Origin: the human T2T-CHM13v2.0 reference genome, Homo sapiens
Length of the DNA stretch: 64,000 bases
Reading direction: 5' to 3' (one strand)
Assembly: GCF_009914755.1 (NCBI RefSeq)
Contig: NC_060936.1
Part shown: piece after piece, positions 53,522 to 64,000 of the stretch
Position numbering within the stretch: position 1 is the first letter of the stretch
Layout: each line of letters begins with the position of its first letter
Notes under the pieces: model-generated
Databases searched by the model: none
Told to the model about the DNA's origin: nothing
The model's input: only the letters and a program-made list of their open reading frames with translations
Program-made: the position numbers and the translations under genes

Positions 53522-56046
53522 CCCTAAGCGGTAGAAGCAATCATATTCCTCAGTTTTATGTGTGTATTCTTCTTATAATATATTTGAAATAGTGAGGAGC
53601 CCAATTGCTGAGTCAACTAAAAGTTGTAGCTGCTTACTTTAGCATTAACTACAACCTTAACATTACTTGGCTAACTGATGATTTGTTTGTTCTATTATTT
53701 CAATAGTAATAGATAATTTTGGGGTAATTTACTTTGCCCTTTCCTTATAATATTTTGGTTGACCTGTATTGTTTCCTTTGATTTCATTTGTATGACTTTT
53801 TTCTACTAACTCAACTTGATATTTTTCCCTCTACCACTAAAATAGATGTCCATTTGAATTAACGCTATACCTCTAAATCAACATACTTTTAGATTTCTTA
53901 CATGAAATATACTGGTAGAATAATTGATAGTCAAATATAATACTCCAAGCATCTTTATGATTTGTTAAGTAGGTTAAGGGCTGAAAAGGGTCACTCTGTC
54001 CAGTAAAATTTTTTCATGCCTGAAGATGGGAAGTTTTTACTTCCACCTCTTTGTCACATTGGCTAGACTGTCTAAAATCAAGGAAATAAAAAATAGTTAT
54101 ACTAGTGGTCTTTAAAAAAATAAGCAAATGAAACCAGTTTAATTCTTATCATTTGCAACATTGCCAATCTTACTTTTATTAGTTTATTAGGTGTTAGGTA
54201 CAGAATCCAATTAGGCATTTGATTAACTAATATTGAAGATGTTACTTAAGGTAGATTTACTATACAACTTGGTGGATGTAAGAGTAAAATCATCTCAGAA
54301 GTACATCAAGCAGACAAATGCAATTAGAAAATCAATCATTAACAGAGCATATAAGCAAATTATTGGAGAGGAAGATTATTTCCTAAGAAAGTAAATTTAT
54401 AATATTCTGGTAACTTATCCTTGATTCTAGAGAGATCAAAATAGATAATAAAGAAAACATAATGAATTAATAAATTATTTGTTTATTTGTTTGTTCAAAG
54501 GGAGGAACCTATCAGCTTGGAAGCATGGTAGATTTGCTATTATTGTATTGTTGTTATTAACATTTGTATTACATAAAAAATAAATTATTGATAAAATTAT
54601 TCAATACAAAATTAAAAGTTGTAGATACCACAAAGAAAAAAATTTGTATTACAGTAAAAATGTTTTTATTTTATTCTCATAAATAAATGTTAGGTCTAAA
54701 GCCCAGATTGAGAGAATTTTTAAAAGAGAGGTGTTTTTCCACCAGTATTATGGCAGGTTACTCTTCTAAAAAATATTTTTCCTTTATAAACTATTTAGAA
54801 ATATAACAATCTTTCAGATACACAGTTGAGTTCATAGGAAAATAAGAGAAAAAATGCCCAGGGGGCAAAATCAAAGAAGAGTCAGGAAACCAGAGTGGTC
54901 ATTTTGAACTGAACCTGCATCTGCCCCATGGGTCATTACAAATCTCAGAAACCTAGAACCTTGGCCTCTAAAGTTCACTCAGAGTCAAAATAAAAACAAA
55001 AACTAAACAAAAAAAAAGCACTGCACCTATGCAAGGAGAATAAAGCACTGAGGTCCCTGGGGCTCTTGAAAGACCAGAGTCACAGTGCAATGGAGGATTG
55101 AGAAACAAATCTATTTATTGCCTTAAATAAGCTGACAAGGAAAAAGTCTGTGTAATCTGCAACATGAAAAAAAAATTATCTGAATTAAAACCCATAGTAC
55201 TACTCTGCTGCAAGCTTGAAGTTTGCATTTATATTACCTACTAAGTACATAAAATTAGAAAAATAAATAAATTATAGTGGTTACAATTTAGTAGCCCCCA
55301 GAGATGTGGCAGAAGTTAAAGGAAATCTTTTCTCAAGGGATATACCTACATGCCAGGTCTCAAAGAATTTACACAAAGTCCCATGAAACATGGATTCACA
55401 ACCCAAAATTACAGAGAACATAAAGAAACAGCCCACTATGAAAGGAGTCATCAGAAACATCAGATAGTGTAATTAAACCTGCAAAAATATCATATAATTG
55501 GGAACATCAGAAAAAATATTAAACATAAATTAAATATAGACATAAAAAAGAAGAAACTATAAACATAAGCAGATGGATCTGAAAAGAACAAAAGAGAATT
55601 TGTAGTAATAAAATCTATAATTTTGGAAATTAAAATGTAATGAATACATAAAATGTGTGCGACCCAGCTGAAGATGAAATTAGTGAACTGGAAAATCAAA
55701 ATGAAGAAATTACATAGAACATAAAAAAGCAAAGCAAAAAAAAAAAAAAAGGAACTTTACCTAACAATTATGAACACGTATTCCTCTCAAGTACACTTGG
55801 AACAATGCAGAACACTCTCTAAGAAGAATATAATAATTTAGAAAATAATACAAGCAATTTAAAAAGAACAACTGGAAATTTAAAAACACACTCTAAAGAA
55901 TAAGTCTTATGACAGGAAATATTTTGAACTATACAATTATATATAGCAAAACTCTGAAAAATAACTAAAGTGAAAGAAAACACACACCTTAACCACTTGC
56001 ATTGAATAAAATTGTGAGATAAACATTAAGCCAAAGCACTTAGAAA

Positions 56047-56288
56047 CAGCCCAAGTTTGGGGGCGCACACCCATAATCCCAGCACTTTGGGAAGCCAAGG
56101 TGGGAGGATAACTTGAGGTCATAAGGTGGAGACCAAACTGGGCAACATAGTGAGACCCTGTCTCTACAAAAATTTTAAAAATTTAAGAAATTGGCTGCAT
56201 GGTGATACACCTGTAGCCTTTGGTGTGCAGGAGGCTGATGTGGGAGGAGCCCTTGACCCTAAGATTAAAGACTGCAGTGAGCTATGAA
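56047..56288 (+). mobile_element. Degenerate AluJ lacking the 3' end
   Basis: ATAATCCCAGCACTTTGGGAAGCCAAGGTGGGAGGAT...GACTGCAGTGAGCTATGA. Confidence 0.85.
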
Positions 56289-57202
56289 ATAAATCCAAAT
56301 AAAATGGAAGAACTGGAAAAATGAAGATAAAAGCAGATATTAGAAATAAAACCATAACTTTATTTTTTTATAAAGACTACCATAATAAATGAATTTTGAC
56401 AATGATCAAGAAAAAAAGACATGAGTAAATGTTGCTCAAAAGGAAAAAGAAAATATAATAGACGAGCTTCTTACCTTGCACTACACACATACACACCGAC
56501 ACACATGTATCAAAATTACAGATTGATTAAAATATTAATAAAAACAAAATTTACAGAAAAATTGTACAATGGCTTTTGTTAGGAAAGGATTTCTTAAGAT
56601 ACAAGAACCAGTAACCACGAAAGAAAGATAGGTACATTTTGCTGCACAAGGATTAAAAATTTCTATTTATAAAATGTGACAATAACAAGGCAGACAGAGA
56701 AAAAAAAATGTTGCAACAGATCCTACATTGAATTTTACATTCCAGGTACATTGGATGATGTTCAATGTAATGGACAAAGATTTAGTGCATAGACTTTATA
56801 AACACTATCTCCAAATTAATAAGAAAAATATAAAAATGCAGTGGAATTTGAGCAAAAAAGTGAAAGACACTGCCCCCAAACCCAAAAATATGAAAAGATT
56901 AATTTCACTAATAACAAAGAAGATCCAAGTTAAAACCACAGTAATGTATAGTTTTATACTGGATTTGTTGAAAAAAAGTTTCATCATTCAAAAGCATGGA
57001 TACATTAAAATTACATTGCTGACAGGAATATATTTGGTATATCCTCCTTAGAGAGAAAATTGACTGTACACTCTCTGGTAAATAAAAAGTGCATATGGCC
57101 TATGAAATCACACTTTTAGGTTTGTAGTTTGGAGAGACTCTTGAACAAGGTGAGATGCATAGTTGTAATTTTATAATAGTCATTATAAATTATACCATAT
57201 TT

Positions 57203-57443
57203 GGCTGGGAATAATGGCTCACACCTGTATCCCAGCACTTTAGGAGGCCTAGGTGAGAGGATTGCTTGAGCCCAGGGGCTTGAGACTTGGGCAACATAGT
57301 GAGACCTTGTCTCTACGAAAAAATAAAAAAATGATGGAGGAGGATTGCTTGAGCTCAGGAAGATTAGACTGCAATGAGCCATGATTGTACCACAGCACTC
57401 CCTCCTGGGTGACAGAGCGAGACCCTGCTTCAAAAAAGAAAAA
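57203..57443 (+). mobile_element. AluJo with a ~50-bp internal deletion
   Basis: TSD TATACCATATTT at 57191-57202 and 57444-57455; start of the right arm is missing. Confidence 0.9.
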
Positions 57444-59735
57444 TATACCATATTTACATAATAAAATACCATATAGGAGTGCAACTAAATGACCTATAAT
57501 CATTGATGAATTTCACAAATGATATTAAGTAAAAACATTATTGTTTAGGGATATAAATAAAGTGCCAAAGAATTACACATAAAAAGTTAGGTTGGTGCTT
57601 TCTTCTGTGGAATAAAGTATAAATAAGAGAGTATTACACAGAGACCTTCAACTCTATAAACTGGCTAATGCATTCACCATATTTATATATTTCCCCTTGT
57701 CTGAAAATTTTTGGAATAATAGATACAAAAGAAAGAGAAAAGATCTGCTAAATGTTTTAATCTTCTTTTCATTAGTGTTATAAGACCTACCAGTATACCA
57801 TTATCTTTTTTCATCTCCAGAAAAACCCTGGCTGAATATCTTCTGGAGTAACTACCGCACTACATGAATGTTTAGTCTACATATTTCTATTTTGACCTTC
57901 TTATTCCTATATTGTTCCAGAATCACTATGCTTCTTGAGCAAATAGTGTGAAAGAGAAATGTGATGTTTGCCATACAGTAAAAACTAAAGAGCACCATCA
58001 CTATCTTTCAATTATTTTCATAAGTTTCAAAGAGCATTTGGTATCAAGAATACATTTGGACTCACAGCTCTGCAAGCAGTTTGGCTTTTTAGAGAAATTT
58101 TTAAAGGTCCAAAAAAAAAAAAACAGAATTAGTGGAGTCCTGTTAAATCATTCACTGTCATTAGGTGAATTACAGAATGTATGTATAGCACATCCTGCTT
58201 CCATTTAATTAATGGTTGTAAGTATATTCAGTGATATAAGCAAGAAACAAAACTTGGTTGCTTCAGGAACTTAGGAGATGTGATATAATTTCCTTGGAAA
58301 ATATGTATATAGAAAATACAAGCAACTACAAACCATGAAAGTAAGAATAAGATGTATATAGGCTAAACCGAGGAATTTGGCACTAAAAAGGTACTAAATG
58401 TTGTTACATAGGTGTATGATTGATTATTACAAAAAACTGGAAGAAACAAACCTTAAACAAGCATTTTTGAGGTGCCACTAAAATTGTAGTAGGGAAGAAG
58501 TTATCTGTAGTGTATGACTCTTATGAGATGATAAAACCATTTATTTGAAGTACAACATTCAAAGGAATTATGAGATGTTTGTACAATAAGATTACATTTA
58601 AGTCCTGAATGAAATGAACGAGGTCAGGAAATGAGCCTAAGCAAAGAACATCTTAGACAAAGGAAATAATACAGTCTCCGAGCCAGAAGCACTCAGGGTG
58701 TGGAGATTCACTACACACAATAGCATCTTAAAGGCTCTGATAAGTCCATCTTTAAATAATCATTTAAAAATATACTTATCTCATCATTTTTCTAATTTGT
58801 TTGATTCCAAACTGTGTTTGTTATTTTAGAGTTGATTTTCCTTCATCACCTATTGTGTTATGCTAGACATTTCAGGTAAGTGTCTCAATCATTTTGCAAG
58901 GTTTTTTTTTTTCTTGGTAAGGTGAAACATAAATGCAAGTAAAATGCCAATGCGTAGAGTATTCCCTGGATCATTGTAGTAAATTCGTGTAAAGTAAATA
59001 AAATGCCAGATGTTATAGTTTCATTAGACCCAGGGGCACATTTTTTTTTAAATTTCCGCTGGTATTGTCATTACACTACTTGAATCAATCTTAACTGAGC
59101 TCAGACTCCCTCATACCAAATTGGTTTCTGCCTTCTACACCTCTGGCTCCATCATTTAAAAGTCTCTGCTAAAGTAATTTTATAGGTTTCATCTTGTTTC
59201 ATCTTTGGTCAAAAATTGCTTCTGCATTGGATATAGAATCAAGTTGAAATTTTGTTATCTGATATTCAAAGTTCTTTTTCTAATTAGACTCCAATCTACT
59301 TTTCAAAATTATTATCTCCCACATTAGCCCCACTTGAAATTTTGTACACATTTCCTGTTCTCAGTGTTCTGCACCACCTAAAATAATATTCCCCTTCTCT
59401 AATATAAATTTAATCTATGCTATTTATATTTCAAAGCCTGTGCTCTATAAGGGCTTTTCAGTACTACCACATCTCACAATTATCTCCCTTCCCAATTTCA
59501 GTGACATTATTTGTCTATACCACTAATGTGAGACATTAATTTGTTTATTTTATAATTATCCTAGTTATGGAGATGAATGCATAAAAGTCATAGTTATATA
59601 AATACGGGCTTCTGAAAGGCAAGAATGATTTACATCTTTTATCTATTAGAACCAAAAGATTTATCAGCTTAATAAATACCTAACAAATATAGGTACAGAA
59701 ATTGATAAAATGCCTACATATAAATTATAAATACA

Positions 59736-60401
59736 CTGAAACTCACAAAGGTCTCCTTCACTGACAATCCATATATATTTTAAGGTTGCTTCAACTAAAA
59801 TATTAAGTGAATGCTTTGCAAATTTGACTGTATCCAGGTTTATATCAGAAGGTGAGATTGAATAAGGCTTGATGCAGAATCTAAACTTCACATTTATCTG
59901 TATATTATGTTCACTTCTAAGGATATAGCACAAGGGAACATTTTTTATTTAAAGTGAACTACAGCTGTGCTGTGAAGAGAGTTCTTTATAAAGACTGCAG
60001 GTTCTTATAACTTTGGTTTAAAATGCAATATGGGAAAATGTTGGATATTTGAGGCCTTGCTTAATATATTTCTACTGCAGTATCCTTTAAAAGCAAAAAA
60101 AAAATGCATTTATATGACAGTTTTCCTCTGTAAAGGTCCTTGCTTATATGATACAAGCACTCTGTTTTGTGCTTAAACTCTTCAGAGGGGTAGCATCAAA
60201 GTTCTTGGGGAAGGATTGTATATGTCCCTTCCCTAAAAGAATCCCTAGAAGAATGGTTGCTGATACGGCTACTGCTTCTACATCTTGAGTTTTTTAATTT
60301 GCTTTTATTAAAGCATTGATGCTGCTTGATTCAAGTCCTGTGCTTGGCCAGGTGTGTTAATTTCAATAAATGCTTTGTGAGTTTGGTTAAAATGAAAAAC
60401 A
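59736..60401 (+). pseudogene. 5'-truncated retrocopy of an AT-rich 3'UTR-like RNA (parent gene not identified)
   Basis: 14-bp TSD AAATTATAAATACA (59722-59735 and 60402-60415), AATAAA at 60365-60370, A-rich remnant before the right TSD, no TE similarity that I recognise. Confidence 0.72.
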
Positions 60402-60799
60402 AAATTATAAATACAATTAATGAATTTGCCAATATAATAGTGCTTATTCCATTGACACTCTTAGTCAATGTTTGGCTTGTTCCACAATACTTTCCTATTT
60501 TCTCCTCTTATTCCCCACATACTTTATAAAATATGCGTTGTATATATTTTCTCTCTCTTTCCCTACACACGCATATGTATAGTAGATATATATGTATGTA
60601 AACATACATACCTGTGTATATACGTAGATACGTATATACATGCATTTCCACATAAATACATACCACTATGGAAATTATCCCCAAATATAGATCTATCTGA
60701 TTTTAAATACATATAATACAGTGTTAGTTTAGCAACATAAAGTCACATTTACTATTATTGCATATGTTATCACCAATTCTCATTTCTGAGAATTAAACC

Positions 60800-61000
60800 G
60801 AGGGATGGAAAATCTGACCCACCAGCTGTATGTAGAAGTACAATTTTATTGGAACACAGCCACACTGATTAGTTTATATATTGTTCATGGCTGCTTCACT
60901 GCTGAAAGCCCAAATTGATTAATTGCATCATGGAGCAGATAGCACCACAAAACCTACAATATTTATCATGACCCTTTACAGTACAAGTTTGCTGACACCT
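60800..61000 (-). mobile_element. MER58-type MITE
   Basis: TTTTATTGGAACACAGCCACAC...CCCTTTACAG..AAGTTTGCTGACACCTG. Confidence 0.82.
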
Positions 61001-63384
61001 GACTCAAAATCAGAAAAACATGTTATTGGTTTGCCTATATCTTGAGACCCAGGTGTCGTAGATCCATTGATATTTTTCTTCTTGACATCTCCCTTTATTC
61101 AGTTGTAATGGGAGTCTGACGCAATCATTCAATAGGACATTATTTGCCACCCATTCTTTTGTTGTCTGAGGCATTCAGTTGGAGATTATCTCCCCTTGGA
61201 AATGTGAAAAACGTTATAAGGAGATCTCAGAAGGTGTAGAAGTTGAGCATGATTCAGAATTACTTCCTTCTAAAGTTCTTTTGATTATGCAAGGCCTAAT
61301 TAGCAAGCTAAATCATAACACGAAGAATGTGTTTGCTTTGCAAAATCAAATCAATTGCACAATTTATGTTCCCTGCAGCTGCTACTTCCCATTTTTATAG
61401 AAGCAGATCCATTCCAGCTGTGGTTATGAGAAGCTCTTCCTTCTACTCTTTGACAGCTGAGATGTTTCAAGCTCACCAATACAGATACCAAGATGCCAAC
61501 AATCATAACTTGTAAGCAAATTTCTTTTAAAGAAATCAGTGTTTTGAAACTGAAAAATGACTAAAATGTAATATATTATGTGTCTAGCAAGCCTGAGGAA
61601 ATAGAACAATTCATACTGTTGGATATTAATATATAAATTTCAAGGTTAATTCCATTAACTTGGGGATTGAAACATATTAATATTTTTATGCATCCCAAAC
61701 CTGACACATTAAATTTGTGTTTTATGATAAATTCTAAAAATTAACATTGAATAATATTTTTATTTCTTTATAATATAACCTTAAGCAAATAAATAGAGAC
61801 TATACCTCATTTTAAAGGGACAAACCAGTTTTTTGCTAGCAAGAAACAAACTCAATTGCTAATTCTCAGTAAATGTTGTTGACTGTCATTTTCAAGCTTT
61901 TACATCTGCGCAAAGTCTAAAGTATGGGTTTGGGCTCAATCTTGTCAATATGTGTTTTGCTTAATAAATCTCTAGCAATGTATTATGTTCTAGTTTTTCA
62001 ATTCTATCAACCTTTTTTTGTATTGTTATGGCATTAACACCAGAGTATGGCAAACAGCAATTTTAAACAATTCTGGAATTGTAAGAATACAAATTATTTC
62101 TAACCAAAAGCATTAGATTAGAACTGCATGCAGTAAATGCAAATAGAATCACACAATTGATTTGATAATAAGTGAAATGTATCCCTGTTCACAGACCACT
62201 CATTCTCTTTAACTTTTCCTATGTGTTAGAAAGTTAGATGGAAGCTGAGCGTTTAGCCAAAATTATTTTTCATACTTTAGCATAAGCATACTATTGGTGT
62301 ACATTTGCTAATTTTCACTTCATTTTTCTAAATTTCTAAGGAGAACACATAGTAGTATGCAAGATTATTTGAAATTCTAATAGATTTGGAGCTCATACAT
62401 TAGCCTAAAATTTTTATTTGTGCAAGCAGCAATTATCTTTGAACCACTATATTTATTAAAAATTTAATTCAAGAAAGAATACTGATATGACATACCATCA
62501 GCACCAGTTAAGGAAAATTTCCTGAGCTCATCCCAGCACCTGAATCGTGCAAGAAGAGTTGTATGTGTGAATAAGAGAACCGTTTGATGGGGGTACCTAG
62601 GAATAGGGAAAATTCTATGGTATTGATTCATCATTACTAAAGTGTATTCCTCAAAATATCAGTATCCTGTGTCCCATTATAAAAAATATTTTTAGAATAG
62701 TTTCCATAATTTATTAATTTTTGGAAAACATTATATAGTATTTCCCTGACATTAAGTGTTCATTTGTATATGAAAAGCTCTGACAAATCCTAACACAGAA
62801 ATCCTACATGTGTTTTGTTCTGTTTTGTTTTGATTTGATTTGCTTTATTTTCCCTTTCATTCTCCAACTTTATTTGATAATAAAACATTTCTTTAAGTAG
62901 CAAATATTGACATCCTTTGGGAAAACTATGTACCAGAAAACACTTTGTGAAAGAGATAAATAGGTCTTTGAAAAAAAGACGAGAACCCACATGGAGATGA
63001 GGTATACAGGACTTATGGGATACTGGCCAGTCTCGCACAGGTGCCTTTTTAGGCAGATGCTGATTCTAGGTTCACTTAGGTCACTTTGCTCAGAGTGACC
63101 TATGCAAAAGAAAACCCTCAGAAAAGCACCGGGAGCATAACAGTGACTCTGACACTTCTTAGAAGAATGTTCTACAACCAGCAGACACATTTCAAGGAAT
63201 TCTCCATTGTTCTCTATGATACTCTCTGGGAATTTCTATCCGCTAAGAATGATAGGCTTCCTAAGTGTCATATCCTTTATCAAAACATAGCCAAGGACCA
63301 ATCGTACTATTTAACAGTGAACCAGAACAGTTTATAGAACACATTTCTTCCCTAACTAGTGGTCTTTGGCCTTTTGGTAATTAA

Positions 63385-63630
63385 GTTAAACAAACATTTG
63401 TGGAGTCTTTACCATATATACTTATCCCTGTGTTAAGGTTGGCTATAGAAAAATTATAAAGGAAAGGACTTAAAGGAATAACAATTAACCACAATAAATT
63501 AGGATAAATGCTCTACAATAGAATAATTAAAGTGTAATAGGAAGACCAGGGTGTTGGGAAGAATACATTCTGCTTGTGAAAGATGTAGAACATGGACAAA
63601 ATTTCATAGAGTAGGTTATATTTAAGCTGG
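63385..63630 (-). mobile_element. L2 3' relic
   Basis: AACAAACATTTGTGGAGTCTTTACCATAT...ATATTTAAGCTGGG. Confidence 0.55.
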
Positions 63631-64000
63631 GGATCAGAAATAATATACCCCATAAAAAAGGACCTGGAGAGCTGCTACCTAGTACTGTACAGAACCACAA
63701 TGGTAAGTTGGGCCACCAATTTTCAGGAACAACTCTATCAGGATTGGGGACAATTTTATCAGGATTGGCACTGTGTTACCTATACCAAGCAATGGTCTTG
63801 AGTATTAAGGGCTCCTGATACGGTCATTCAATAAACATTTGAAAATTTCCTATATGCAAGGCATATATATGCAAATGAATCCAAATACTTACACATTACA
63901 AGTAAAGCTCCCTGGTTAATCCCTCTAGTTTGCTCACTATTGGAAACATTTTCTCAATGTGTTCTGTGGGTTTTGTACATTTTCTGTTATTTCTAGATCC

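Larger units (their letters stand above)
54730..57640 (+). mobile_element. Fragmented ancient L1ME/L1M5 pieces with nested Alus
   Basis: A-rich strand bias and remnants such as CAGCTGAAGATGAAATTAGTGAACTGGAAAAT and GGAAAGGATTTCTTAAGATACA. Confidence 0.55.

Noticed and set aside
58830-58882. Strong donor CAG|GTAAGT with an upstream TTTTAG
   Set aside because: Weak acceptor, probably in an old MER-like relic; isolated donor sites are common by chance.
59736-60401. Naming a parent gene, or calling the segment a DNA transposon because of the 12-bp inverted ends
   Set aside because: I could not match it confidently to any remembered mRNA; the 14-bp TSD, poly(A) signal and A-tail indicate retroposition rather than cut-and-paste.
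62790-63337. Three 82-106 aa ORFs in non-repeat sequence
   Set aside because: Non-ATG starts, no recognisable domain, no convincing exon structure; lengths are compatible with chance.

Overview
Human non-coding genomic DNA. A near-consensus AluYb8 at 30070-30373 is the species evidence. The window is AT-rich and repeat-dense, like a gene desert or a large intron. I cannot support any intact protein-coding gene, tRNA, rRNA or CRISPR array. Most ORFs in the track are L1, Alu or microsatellite translations or chance ORFs. Content: about 10 Alus, several L1s (L1PA4-like, L1PA15/16-like, L1PB, L1MA/M), L2 and MIR relics, MaLR/ERVL/ERV1 LTRs, hAT/Tigger/Mariner MITEs and long microsatellites. The notable signals are scars of retrotransposition and DNA repair, not a new gene system: (1) an L1PA4-like element with intact promoter, assembled from four pieces (one inverted) joined at 3-nt microhomologies; (2) a CpG-rich ~215-bp insert bracketed by a diverged ~65-bp direct repeat inside an MLT1 LTR; (3) a 32-bp sequence inside a (TA)n tract that matches a site 1.83 kb upstream; (4) an orphan 3'UTR-like retrocopy with 14-bp TSDs; (5) a young AluYb8 81 bp from an opposite-strand AluSc; (6) an old ~130-bp duplication of apparently unique sequence. 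Subfamily calls are by eye from remembered consensus features and need RepeatMasker/Dfam confirmation.
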